This document shows positions 1 through 11,700 of a stretch of 64,000 bases of DNA, one piece after another. Positions within the stretch are counted from its first letter, which is position 1. Each line of letters opens with the position of its first letter. Origin of the DNA: Fibrobacteria bacterium (GTDB taxonomy: Bacteria; Fibrobacterota; Fibrobacteria; UBA11236; JADFYW01); the NCBI GenBank assembly GCA_050294405.1, contig JBNKOC010000031.1:1-64000 (forward strand), written 5' to 3'. The position numbers and the translations under genes are program-made. The notes under the pieces were generated by a model, which was not told the origin of the DNA, made no database searches, and saw only the letters and a list, made by a program, of their open reading frames with translations.

Positions 1-2
1 CT

Positions 3-695
3 AGTGATTGTTTTTACGTTGCCATTGATGCCGTGCGCATCGCCCTTCGCTATAAAACTCCCGTATTGATTTTAAGCGATGGCTTTCTTGCTAATGGAGC
101 TGAGCCTTGGCGTATTCCTTCGGTGCGTGAGCTTCCCGAAATCAATGAAGAGAATGTAAAGGCAGGGGAAAACTATGTGATTTACAAAAGAGACCCCGAA
201 ACGCTTGCCAGAGAGTTGGCTATTCCAGGCACTCCCGGCTTGGAGCACCGAATCGGAGGTTTAGAGAAAAACGAAGCAGGCGCTGTAAGTTACGATCAGG
301 AAAACCACCACAAAATGGTGGCCCTGCGTGCGGCCAAAGTTGAAAAAGTAGCGGATATGTTTGGGGCTACGCAAATTAATGGTGCTGATTCCGGTGATGT
401 GCTGGTGCTGGGCTGGGGAGGAACCTGGGGTTCCCTTACTTCAGCTGTGAATGAATGCCGTGCCGAGGGGCATAGCGTGAGTTCAGTGCATTTGCGCTAT
501 TTAAATCCTCTTCCAAAAGACTTGGGAGATATATTAAAACGTTTTAAGAAAATTCTTATTCCAGAAATTAACTTAGGGCAGCTTTCAATGATCATTCGTT
601 CTAAGTATTTAATAGAGGCCGAGGGTTTTAATCAGACAAAAGGACGGCCTTTTACAGTTCAGGAAGTTAAAGAAAAAATATTGGAGCTTATTTAA
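3..695 (+). CDS. korA: 2-oxoacid:ferredoxin oxidoreductase alpha subunit, C-terminal part (5'-truncated by window edge)
   Basis: Frame is open from base 3 (SDCFYVAIDAVRIAL...). Motifs TPVLILSDGFLANG, HRIGGLE, GWGGTWG and PEINLGQL are typical of OFOR alpha. Lies directly upstream of the beta subunit. Confidence 0.9.
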   Translation, partial: SDCFYVAIDAVRIALRYKTPVLILSDGFLANGAEPWRIPSVRELPEINEENVKAGENYVIYKRDPETLARELAIPGTPGLEHRIGGLEKNEAGAVSYDQENHHKMVALRAAKVEKVADMFGATQINGADSGDVLVLGWGGTWGSLTSAVNECRAEGHSVSSVHLRYLNPLPKDLGDILKRFKKILIPEINLGQLSMIIRSKYLIEAEGFNQTKGRPFTVQEVKEKILELI

Positions 696-700
696 GGAGA

Positions 701-2278
701 GTGGGTTTGGTTACTTCAGTAGAAAATAAATTATCCAGGTCAGATTTTATCCCTTCGGTGGATGTTCGCTGGTGCCCCGGTTGCGGGGATTATGCCATTT
801 TAAATGCGGTACAGAAAGTGTTTCCCACTTTGGGAATTCCCAAAGAAAAATTTGTAGTGGTTAGCGGCATTGGATGCTCCAGCCGATTTCCCTATTATAT
901 GAACACTTACGGCTTTCACACCGTTCACGGAAGGGCGCCTTCCATTGCCACTGGCCTTAAGGTAGCCAATCCTGATCTTTCTGTTTGGGTTGTGACAGGC
1001 GATGGAGATGGCCTCAGTATCGGCGGAAACCATCTGTTGCATATTTTACGTCGCAATGTGGATGTTAATATCATGCTGTTTAACAACCGCATATATGGAT
1101 TAACCAAAGGCCAGTACAGCCCAACCTCTGAATTAGGTAAGGTAACCAAAACCTCCCCCTTGGGCTCCATTGATGCACCCATTAATCCCTTGTGCTTTGC
1201 CATTAGCTCCGAAGCTACTTTTGTGGCTCGCACTATGGATACTAACCCCAGCCACATGGCTATGGTTTTTGAAGCGGCCGCCAAGCACAAAGGAACATCC
1301 TTCATTGAAATCTTTCAAAACTGTGTGATTTTCAATAACCAGGCCTGGGAAGGTATTTCTGGCCGTCAGGTTCGCGATGACAGGTTATTGATGTTGGAAC
1401 ATGGTAAGCCCTTGATTTTTGGCAAAGACAAAAAGAAAGGTATTCGTCTTAAAGGCTTAAAACCCGAAGTGGTTATTTTAGGCGAACAAGGTGTTAAAGA
1501 AGAAGACCTGCTGGTTCACGATGCCTATGGTCTGGATCCAACTTATGCTTATTTATTGACTCAATTAAATTATCCCGAATTCCCAACTCCAATGGGAGTA
1601 TTCCGCAGTCTTGAAAGTTCAAGACCTGTTTATGAAGAGCAGTTACATGAGCAAATTAAAAATTCAATAGATGCTAATGGTCGCGGCAATTTAGCTGGCC
1701 TTCTAAAGGGGCGTCAATATTGGGAAGTAGAATCGGTGGGAGAACATACTACAAAGGCCATCCCCATCACCAAAAAACATCCCCGTACCACCGAAGAAAT
1801 GGAAATTATGGATGAAATCCATTTGGCCCAAAAACGCCTGGAGAAAAAACCCTGGCTTAGGGTATTGAACACTCCGGTGGGAGATATATTGGATAAACAT
1901 GGCGCAGGAAAAGTGCTTTATCTATCGCCGGATGCTTCTATTAGCAAAGCCATTGAGTTATTTAAAGATAAAGAGATAGGGTGCATACCTATTATGGTAG
2001 GCGATACTCTAGAAGGCATTCTCACCGAAAGAGATATTGTATTACGTGTCCTGGGCAAGCCCATTGACCGGGACCATGTTCCTATTTCTACAATTATGAC
2101 CAAAAATCCCGATGTTATCCGCCATTCCAATACCATTGGCGATGCTATGAATAAATTAGCGGCGGGCGGATTCAGGCATTTACCCATTAAAACAAAAGAT
2201 GGGAAAATTGGGCTTATATCTGTTAAGGGCTTGGTAAACCACCTTTACGAGGTCTCTCAATCTTCAACTGGAGATTAA
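701..2278 (+). CDS. korB: 2-oxoacid:ferredoxin oxidoreductase beta subunit fused to a C-terminal CBS-domain pair
   Basis: WCPGCG, SGIGCS and the TPP motif GDGD...NN. AGGAG RBS before the GTG start. Last ~140 aa are CBS-like (GCIPIM...GILTERDIV; GFRHLPI...GLISVKGLV). Confidence 0.9.
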   Translation: MGLVTSVENKLSRSDFIPSVDVRWCPGCGDYAILNAVQKVFPTLGIPKEKFVVVSGIGCSSRFPYYMNTYGFHTVHGRAPSIATGLKVANPDLSVWVVTGDGDGLSIGGNHLLHILRRNVDVNIMLFNNRIYGLTKGQYSPTSELGKVTKTSPLGSIDAPINPLCFAISSEATFVARTMDTNPSHMAMVFEAAAKHKGTSFIEIFQNCVIFNNQAWEGISGRQVRDDRLLMLEHGKPLIFGKDKKKGIRLKGLKPEVVILGEQGVKEEDLLVHDAYGLDPTYAYLLTQLNYPEFPTPMGVFRSLESSRPVYEEQLHEQIKNSIDANGRGNLAGLLKGRQYWEVESVGEHTTKAIPITKKHPRTTEEMEIMDEIHLAQKRLEKKPWLRVLNTPVGDILDKHGAGKVLYLSPDASISKAIELFKDKEIGCIPIMVGDTLEGILTERDIVLRVLGKPIDRDHVPISTIMTKNPDVIRHSNTIGDAMNKLAAGGFRHLPIKTKDGKIGLISVKGLVNHLYEVSQSSTGD

Positions 2279-2305
2279 CGGTTATTTGAGCCGTTGCTGA
2301 TTATT

Positions 2306-3610
2306 ATGGAAGTACTGGCACCGGCAGGTAATTTTGAAAAACTGGAATATGCCTTAGCTTACGGGGCAGACGCTGTATATTGCGGGCAGCCCCAATTTTC
2401 CCTCAGAGCCAGGGAAAATAGTTTTTTTGATGCTGACTCTGTGGCGAAGGCCATAGCCTACACCCACGAAAAAGGGGCAAAGTTTTATCTTGCCTCTAAC
2501 ATCATAGCCCACAATAATAAAATTGTCCCTTTTCAAAAATCTTTGGACAATTTTATCGAGCTAAAGCCAGATGCCTTAATTATGTCTGATCCGGGGATGA
2601 TAGACTACGTTCTAAAAAATCACCCTCAGCAAGAGGTTCATTTGAGCGTTCAGGCCAATTGCACCAATTGGGCTACAGCCAAATTTTGGTATGAACTGGG
2701 GATTAAGCGAGTGATAATGAGCCGTGAGCTTAACTTGCGCGAAATAGCTGAAATACATGAAAAAGTGCCTGGCCTTGAAATTGAAGTCTTTGTCCATGGG
2801 GCTATTTGTATGGCTTATAGCGGAAGATGTTTGCTTTCCAATTACATGGACCACAGAGCCAGCAATCAGGGCGCCTGTTCCAATGCCTGCCGCCTGAACT
2901 ATCAGCTGTATGCCAAAAACGAACCTCAAAGCGAAAATTATGTTCCCCTGGAAGGCGAGTTCTATCTGAAGCCCAATGGCGACGCCGAAAATAACATGAT
3001 GTTAATTGATGAAGATCAATACGGTACATACATCATGAATTCTAAAGATATGTGCGCCATTGAACATCTCGACAAAATACGGGATGCGGGTGTAGTCTCC
3101 ATTAAAATCGAAGGGCGTACCAAATCTGTTTTTTACCTCTCTCAGGCGGTAAGATCCTATCGGGCAGCAGTCGATGATCTTTTGGCGGGGAAGCCCTGGA
3201 ATCCAAAACATTTGGAAGAAATTAACAAGCTGGATAGCCGCGGTACTATTCCGGGATTTTTTATACCTAATAGAGACCTGCCCCAAAATTACGAAACCAC
3301 CCGAGTGCAATCTGATAGTGCTTATGTGGCGGCCTTTGTGCGGGAATACCTTCCCGAAGAGAAAAAAGCGGTTTTATCCGTTAAGGGAACCCTAATGTCA
3401 GGAGATGCCATTGAAATTATTACTCCCGGCTCTAGTAAAAAAATGGTAGTGGGAGATATTTGGGATCACAAAGGAAGACCTGCTGCAAGAATTGCCTCTG
3501 GTCTGGAAAATGCCGCCATTTACCTGGATGAAGATCCGGGTAACCACGCTATAATTTTAAGGGATTTAACAAGCAAGTCCAACCAAGGGCTAGCCAAAGT
3601 GAATGGCTAA
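2306..3610 (+). CDS. trhP: U32 family Fe-S protein, TrhP/YegQ-like tRNA hydroxylation protein
   Basis: EVLAPAG, GADAVY, HLSVQAN, EVFVHGAICMAYSGRCLLS, CSNACR and KIEGR motifs. ATG at 2306 chosen over TTG at 2294. Confidence 0.75.
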   Translation: MEVLAPAGNFEKLEYALAYGADAVYCGQPQFSLRARENSFFDADSVAKAIAYTHEKGAKFYLASNIIAHNNKIVPFQKSLDNFIELKPDALIMSDPGMIDYVLKNHPQQEVHLSVQANCTNWATAKFWYELGIKRVIMSRELNLREIAEIHEKVPGLEIEVFVHGAICMAYSGRCLLSNYMDHRASNQGACSNACRLNYQLYAKNEPQSENYVPLEGEFYLKPNGDAENNMMLIDEDQYGTYIMNSKDMCAIEHLDKIRDAGVVSIKIEGRTKSVFYLSQAVRSYRAAVDDLLAGKPWNPKHLEEINKLDSRGTIPGFFIPNRDLPQNYETTRVQSDSAYVAAFVREYLPEEKKAVLSVKGTLMSGDAIEIITPGSSKKMVVGDIWDHKGRPAARIASGLENAAIYLDEDPGNHAIILRDLTSKSNQGLAKVNG

Positions 3611-3627
3611 TTTTTGAGAAACTTCCC

Positions 3628-3987
3628 TTATTGATCTGAGTCTGACTTTTTCTTGTTTTCTTTCCATTTCTGAATGAGCTTTTTATTGTGCTCTTCCAGT
3701 TTTAGCATGGATTTTTTAATAAGCTTAAGGGACTCGGTAATAGTGGCAATGTTGGCTTCAATTTCTGGTTTGTGCTTATTTAAAGCAGATTTCAATTTTA
3801 AAGTGGCCCGTTCCCGAACCCATTTTTTTATGGTTTCTTCTGGCACAGAATAAATTAATTCGGCGGTATAATAGGGGTCGCGCCCGTCAGTGGCGTCAAA
3901 GTTGGTAACAAATTCCAACACTTCATTTTTTAAATCGTCTGTGATGCCTAATTCATCTTCAAATGATTCTTCTGGAAAAAGATCCAT
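3628..3987 (-). CDS. Small hypothetical protein with HTH-like segment and coiled-coil C-terminus
   Basis: GGAGG RBS upstream of the ATG at 3987, 119 aa. Pattern DDLKNEVLEFV...YSVPEETIKKWV is followed by a heptad-like helix. Confidence 0.6.
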   Translation of the reverse strand: MDLFPEESFEDELGITDDLKNEVLEFVTNFDATDGRDPYYTAELIYSVPEETIKKWVRERATLKLKSALNKHKPEIEANIATITESLKLIKKSMLKLEEHNKKLIQKWKENKKKSDSDQ

Positions 3988-4140
3988 TGCGCCTCCAATC
4001 ACATTCTCTATATATAAAGTTAAGAATAAACCAGAATAGGTCAATAGACTCTATTGAATAGTTTTAAAAAAAATATTGGAGCCAATTTTTCTTGACAAAA
4101 TATTATTCAAAATTCTCAAAAAGACAGCTTTTGTCGCAGA

Positions 4141-5565
4141 CTATTTTTTGGGAATATAATAATGGTCTGCATGTCCAAGTCCAATTTCCACAGCTTCTAA
4201 AAAAGTTTCGGACATAGTGGGGTGGGGAAAAACGGCTCTGGAAATTTGCTCTAATGTTAACTCCATTTCCACACACAAGTTTGCCAAGGCAATTTGTTCC
4301 CCTGCTCCAGCCCCGTAAATACCGGCTCCCAGGAGTTTATGGCTATTAGGATCAAACATAAGCTTTGTGAAACCTTCGTTCTCTGCGCATGTTGTAGCTC
4401 TGCCGCTGGCAGCCCAGGGAAATTTCGCCATCTTGTATTCAATTTGCTTTTCTTTAAGCTGGACTTCCGATAAACCACACCAGGCAATTTCGGGATAGCA
4501 GTATACAACATTAGGTATAGAAAGAGGTGCGGGCTTCCATTTTTTTTGAACAATATAATCCACAACCCGATGCGCCTCAGAAGAAGCTTTGTGTGCTAAC
4601 ATGGGATTTCCTATAACATCGCCAATTGCAAAAATATTTTCTTGCTGCGTTTCCAATTCTTCTGCCAAATCAATAAAGCCTTTTTCATTTAATTTTATTT
4701 TGGTATTCTCAAGTCCAAGGTTTTTTCCATTTGGAACGCGGCCTACGCAAATCAGAGCTTTCTCAAAGTTTTGTGAATTTGTTTGTTCTTTATTTTTACT
4801 GCTTTCCCACTGGGCTTCTAATCCAGAATTATTTTTTTGTATTCCTGTAAGTTTGGATTCGGTTTCAAATTCAATGCCCCTTTTTTTTAACTGGCGGAGA
4901 ATAAAACGCACCATATCTAAGTCGCATCCCGGTAAAATTTGGTCGGCCATTTCCAGTATTTTAACCTTGCTTCCTAAGGCGTTATAAATGGAGGCAAGCT
5001 CAATCCCAATGACTCCTCCCCCCAGGCAAAGGAGAGATTCAGGGATGTTTTCTAAATCAAGAGCTTTAGTGGAATCCATTATTGTGGAACCCATGGGGGG
5101 TAAAAAAGAGGGCCAGGCAGGTTTAGAGCCAGTGGCAATTATTCCATATTCGAAATGGATAGTTTGTTTGTTTTCACCGTTCTCCACTAATAAGGATTTG
5201 GCATTTTCGAAATGGCCTACTCCCTCAAAAAATTGAATTTTGCGAAGTTTCGCCAGTTTGGAAAGACCTTGGGTCATTTGCTCTACCACGCTGATTTTAA
5301 AATTTCGCAATTTTTCCAGATTTATGGTTAATGGGGAGGGGTCTAACCAGTGGTTTTCCAAGTGGGAAATATGTTCTTTAAGATAGGACATATGTAGCAA
5401 GGCTTTGGAGGGGATGCAGCCTCGATACAGGCAAACTCCCCCGGGATTCAATTCTTTATCTACCAGGGCCACTTTAAGCCCTAAATCGGCCGCCCGGAAT
5501 GCAGCTGCATATCCCCCTGGGCCTGCACCCAAAACCATAAGGTCAAATTTATTTTCTGAAGACAT
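4141..5565 (-). CDS. lpdA: Dihydrolipoamide dehydrogenase (E3)
   Basis: GAGPGGY FAD motif, redox disulfide GGVCLYRGCIPSK, GGGVIGIE NAD motif, C-terminal HPTMSE. Confidence 0.93.
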   Translation of the reverse strand: MSSENKFDLMVLGAGPGGYAAAFRAADLGLKVALVDKELNPGGVCLYRGCIPSKALLHMSYLKEHISHLENHWLDPSPLTINLEKLRNFKISVVEQMTQGLSKLAKLRKIQFFEGVGHFENAKSLLVENGENKQTIHFEYGIIATGSKPAWPSFLPPMGSTIMDSTKALDLENIPESLLCLGGGVIGIELASIYNALGSKVKILEMADQILPGCDLDMVRFILRQLKKRGIEFETESKLTGIQKNNSGLEAQWESSKNKEQTNSQNFEKALICVGRVPNGKNLGLENTKIKLNEKGFIDLAEELETQQENIFAIGDVIGNPMLAHKASSEAHRVVDYIVQKKWKPAPLSIPNVVYCYPEIAWCGLSEVQLKEKQIEYKMAKFPWAASGRATTCAENEGFTKLMFDPNSHKLLGAGIYGAGAGEQIALANLCVEMELTLEQISRAVFPHPTMSETFLEAVEIGLGHADHYYIPKK

Positions 5566-5737
5566 AGATATCGAAATTTAATTAATTTGGCCATTTTAAA
5601 CATGTTTTAAATGGCTTTTTGGCCCACAATTCTTTAGATTAGTTATAGGCATAGTTGGGGGGCAAAATGCCAAATTTTGGGTAATAATTTTGGCCTTTTT
5701 AAAATAAACTTTGCAAAAAAAAGGTGATATTAAAATA

Positions 5738-8700
5738 ATGTTGCGCTTTGGACATTTTGTAATTGTTTGGTTAGGCTTGATTTTGTCGCCAAGGCATGTT
5801 TGGTCTCAATGCAGCCCAGCAGGGGTCTCCGGAGTAGTGTTGTGGCTCAAAGCCTCTGAAGGGTTGACATTTCAAACGGGCACAAAAAATGTTTCCCGCT
5901 GGCAGGATGTATCTGGCTGCGGCTTTACTGACTTGTCGAATTCAAATACATCAAACCAACCTCTTTATGTGGAAGATGCCTTAAATCACTGGCCAGTAAT
6001 ACAATTTGATGGAAGTAATGATGTATTAACCCGATCAGGCGCCAATCTTAATGTGCAAACAATTTTTATTGTAACCCGGTTAGATAGCAATAATACCACC
6101 CAATTTGGCACATTGCTCTCCAATGGAAACGATCAATTAAACATCAGAAAAGAATGGGCAAGTAGGGAGTACAGAATTCTCGGGGCCGATGTAAATGACT
6201 TTATAAACAACGCGCCAGCAGATAGCAATTTTTGGGTAAATGGAACTTTAACGGGAATAAATCCCAATGGCTGGCATGTTGTTTCTGCGAAATCCGAAAA
6301 TACAAAGAATTACCAGGACTTATGGATAGGGAATGCCAGCAGCAATTTTTCACGGTTTTGGCAAGGTGGGGTGGCCGAACTCATTATGTTTAATGCCGAC
6401 TTAAGCGATGCAGATAGAATTAAAATTGAAAAATATTTGGGGGAAAAATACCAGATCCCACAACTGTTTTCCGGTTATGATGACTGGAGTTACTCCATGC
6501 CCTTGCAGCTTAACACAACCAGCAATGGCGTTAATGTTTTAAGCAATGTTACTGATTACCCGCTATACCTTAAGCTCGACAATAACACCTTTGATTTTTC
6601 CCAATTTTCCTCAGGGGGGCAAGATTTTCGGGTAACAGATGGTTTTGGGAATGCTTTGCCCCTGGAAATCCAAAGCTGGGATGATGTCAATGAAAGCGCA
6701 GCTGTTTGGATAAAAACAGATGTTACTGGAAATGCCAATACCCAAACTCTGTATCTGTACTGGGGCAATCCCGAAGCGGTAAGCTTACATAATCCCAGCG
6801 GTGTTTTTCCCAGTGTTCAGAATTACGGGGCAGTTTGGCATTTGGAAACAGATCCCCCTTCAGGCCCAATAATAGATAACACCAATAATAACAACACGGG
6901 CTACTTACAGGGAAGCTGGGACTCAGCAGACTTAATTGATGGACCAGTGGGAAAGGCATTTAATTTTAAGGGTTCGCAAAGTGTGGTAGTGGATAATTCA
7001 AGTTCCATTAACATAGCCAATTTTACAGTTTCAGCCTGGGTGCGCACCACCCAAACTGGCCAGGGGGCTAATGAATTTGAAAATGCCTGTATTTTCGATA
7101 AAGATCTTTCCGGGCCCAATGCAGGATGGTTTTTAAATTTGGCCAGTGGCTCGGGACGAGTCAATTTTTCCAGCCAGGATCAGTTTTTAGTGAGTAATAC
7201 AGATGTTAATGATAGCAGCTGGCATTTGGTCAGCCTGGTTAAAACTAACACCCAAAAAAAGATATACATAGACGGTAATTTGGATATTACCGTAAGCGAT
7301 ACAAGTCAAGCATCAAATAGCAATAGTTTTTTTATTGGGGCGCGCTATGGGTCGCAAAGTTATTTTGTGGGGGGGCTGGATGAAATTCGCATTGAAAACG
7401 CCAATAGGGGAGATGATTGGAACCGCCTGTACTACCAAAACATAGCTTACCCCGCATTGCTATATTCTTTAGGGGCCTCCGGAAACTCAAATAGACCGGA
7501 AGTTGGCTATACCGAAAGCTATGTTATACCCGCAGCCCAAGTCGTCCAGAAGACGGGTGGCCTAGGCACTGTGGAAATAAGTTTTAAAATTGTGGACAGC
7601 AGTTCCACATCTGCAAAAATCAATTTGTTTTCTTACAGCGTGGATGGTGGGGTTAATTGGAAGGATATTAACGGACCAAGTAATGTATTGCCAGCAGATT
7701 TTTTTACCAAAAATTGGCAGGCAGGAAATAGTTATGCTACTGCTCCAGTGCAAAGTTTCAATGTTACCACAAAAAATATACCGGAAATGGTGGAGCAGGA
7801 CTTGCCTGATGTCAGATTTCGCCTGCAACCCAAAGCAGGGCAAGTCCAGGGGTTCTTTGCAATTTCAGATACGGTAAGAATTGATAATGAGTACCCAAGC
7901 TTAACCATTCCCAAGCTAATAACTCCCGATCCGGATCCCAGCTTTTCAGGAACAGCAGATGAACTATTATCTCTGGTTTTATTTGTGATTGATGGAGATA
8001 CTTTGGGAGGTAATGTGGTGGGTTCGGGTTTTAATTTACCAGATAACTCTCTGGGAAGAAATCTGGACTCGGGTGTATATGCCGTTACAGTAATTGCTTT
8101 TGATGTATTTGGCAATAGGGCTGTCCATAATGGCAGTGATGAACTGACCATAAATTCTAAAGCCCCATTAATAAGCGTAGACCAGCTTCTAACAAACGAT
8201 ACCAGCCCTCCCTTAAGCGGAACAGTCAATGATACAGGGGCTAGTATTTTAGTTGAAGTGGATGGAAACAGCTACCCCGCAGAGAATTTAGGCGACGGAA
8301 CCTGGGTGCTTTCTAATAACACCATTTCTTCATTACAAACTGGAATATACGATGTTGTTGCTACGGCAACTAATCAGTACGGATTATCAGGAAGCGATGG
8401 AACCAATAATGAATTGGAAATTGACGCGGATCCGATAGTTATTGAAACAGACAACCTATATACAAACTCCACAAACCCAAATATTTCAGGAACAATCAAT
8501 GATTTGTCGGCTCAGATTGAGCTGCATATCTTGGGGGAAATATATACTGCTCAAAATAACGGGGATGGAACCTGGCTGTTAAATGGAGATTTGCTAGACC
8601 CGCTCCCTGAAGATAGCATTTTATTTGTGGTAGAAGCCGGCGACAGTGCGGGAAATACAGGCAGCGATTCTTCAGCATATATAATAGTGGATTTAACAGC

Positions 8701-11700
8701 TCCTGAATTGGTAAGTATTTCCCCAAACCAGTCCTTAACCGTGTTTAGACCCAATTTGCAAATGGAATTTGATGAAGATATTTTCGCTATTTCCGAGGAA
8801 GAAATAGCTTTGGTGGACCTGGAAAAAGATTCCATTATTGAAACCATAGTGATTAATGATTCCAACATTCAAAAAGAGGGAACAAAAGGCTTATCCCTTA
8901 TATATTCTACAGATTTTGAGGCGGGGAAGCGCTATGGGGTCCGCATTGGAGATAATGCTATTCAAGATAGGGCCGGAAATAGTTTTGCCGGTTTTGACTC
9001 AGATAGCACTTGGTCCTTTACCATTGCAGATTCTTCAGTGGCCTTTCTGAATGCCATAACATCCAGTAACGCCGCGGGAATATACAAAAAGGGAGATAGC
9101 ATTAATTTAAACCTGGAATTTAATCAGGCTGTAACTCTTAAAAATGGGAGCCTAAACTTAATATTGCAAACCGGGACTGTTCCGGACACAGTTTCTCTGG
9201 ATATTTTTGATCTAAGGGAGACTGTGAGTTTTAACTACGTAGTTCAAGAGGGCGATTCCACAAAGAACTTCAATGTATTAGGTATGTTTCTAGATAGTAC
9301 AGCCCAGTTATTAAACGCAGCGGACAGTTTGGCTTTGTTGGATATTCCAAGGGGATCCAATGTTTCGGACTTTGTAAAAATCGTATTGGATGCCAAAGAA
9401 TTTATACTTACCATCCTTAAGCCCGAGACTAATAAATCAGTGCGAACTGCGTCCGTAGGTTATGAAATTAACAAGGATGCTGCCTGGGGTAGAATTTCCT
9501 GGATAAATGGAATTGGACCAAATGGGGAGGATTTGGAAAATCAAGAAATATTGTTGACCAGCGATGTGCTTTCCAGGGGCGTTTATGAAGATATCCCCCT
9601 TTTCCCGAATCTTGTTTCAGGGGGGATTTACACTGTCTTCTTCGAATTTAGAGATTTTTCGGATAACAGTATTACTGGCTTCAGGGAACTTATCGAAATA
9701 GAACCCCCCAACTCTCTGGTCATCGATTATCAGGAAAGAGTATTTTCTCCTTCAGATACATTGGTTCTTCGAGCCCTCGGATTGGATTTGGATTCCGCGG
9801 GAAAAGTTATTAACAAGGACACCGTATTTCTTACCAATGCCAAATGGGATGTAATAGGGGAAGCGGAATTAATTGCTCCGGGAGTTATTGTATTTAAAAA
9901 AATGGAGCATGTGGATGTTATTGCTACTGTGGGGGCGCTGGCGGATACGGTACGTTTATATGTCACAACAAGTGAGTTAAAAATTTCAAACGGAACTAAC
10001 CCCACTTTCACCTTGAGTCCTAACTTAACTGTGGTGGTTCCTACCTGGGAAGAACAAAAACAAATAACTATTCCGGTAAACATTATTGATAGCTCAGAAG
10101 TAAACATGTCCGGTCTGAGACAAGCTGGCTATATTTATAAATTTGAAAATGTTTTGGTGGAAGCCATGGATTTTCGGTTTTTACCGGATACAAGTTTTAT
10201 CAGGCCAGATGAAATGCATTTAGCCCAACTCTATTGCTGGCCAGAAGGAAAAGATTCCAGGCCCATACTATTGGAAGTGGAGAGAAAAAGCGACGAAAGG
10301 CTGGTGTTCCAACTGCGAAATGATAGTTTGGGAATTATAGGAGTAGCCATTGACGAACAACAACCTACAGCGAATTATAAAGTTGCAAATGCGGTAAGTT
10401 CAGATTCTAACATAACATTTACCTACATCCTAAACGACAATATTCAAAATTACAAGGCCTTTCTGGTTATGCAGAAAGGAGGATTCACCGAAGCTCCCAT
10501 GAAAACGGCGCTTGATTTCGAAAACAATGAGGAAGCTAGCGTCACAATTAAATCTGAAAATTTTACCGAACAAGGCCTAAGTTATTGGATAGAAGTTTGG
10601 GACGGCCTTCAATATGCTAAAGTGGATACAGGGCACTTAAGTATTACTATGAAGGACAATATGGATCTTCCTAGCCCATTAAAGAATGATGAATATATCA
10701 TGTTTAGTATTCCACAAAAGCCTGTGGCTAACAAAGTGAAAAATTTGTTAGTGCCCGATTGGGGAAAGCTTACTAAAACTTCCTGGAGATTGTATGAATA
10801 TGATGAAGGTTTCAACGAACTTAGTGAGGACAGCAGGCTCGTACCCGGAAAAAGTTATTTTGTAAATACCAGCGGGTTCGAACCTCAAATTGAGGTGCCT
10901 GGAGGCTCTTTTTCGGTCCTGCCTCTAAACGAATTTCTCTATTCGGATTTAAATCCTGAGTGGAATACCATTGCCGTGCCGTTTAGTTTTAAGGTGCCGT
11001 TAAAAAAATTACGGGAGTTTAACCGCGGCCAACCTCGTTATATCTATGAATTGGTAGATGAAGTTTTTGTTCCCTTGGAAGACGATGAGGTTGAACTGGA
11101 TGCCTGGAGTGGGTACTTGTTTTACAATGGTCCCCCAGACAGCCAATGGGTTGACAGTTTGATTTGGAGGGGAATAAATCAGACAATTTCACAAACCCCA
11201 GTTGTATTGGGGAAAAAAGCTTTGAGCGAAAATTTATCCGTTCAAATAAATGGGAAATTGGGAGAAAAATGGTTGGGGGCTGTGAGAGTAGCCAAGTCCC
11301 AGAGCAATTTAAAATTTGCTTTGCCTTCTTTTAAGGCAAAAAAAGAGGAAATGTTTATCGACTATGAGGGGAAAAAGTTATCCCATTTAGAAAGCAGTGA
11401 ATTTTCGGAAGGATTGAAATGGAATTTAAGGGCAAAATTGCAAAAAGGCCAGAGCTTGAATTTAAATTTGGTGGCAAAAGCATCTGAGAATCCACCTCAT
11501 ATTGCCTTTTGGGATGAGGTTAGAAGCGGCTGGACGGAATTAGGGGTATTTTCCAAAGAGAAAACAGTTTTGCTCAAGAATTCCAAAGGTTTAGAGTCTC
11601 TCCAATTTTTTATGGGAAGTCCTGAATGGATAAAAGAGCAAAAAAATAACCTGGAACTGGCCTCTAGCTTTTTTATAGCCCAAAACTTTCCAAATCCTTT

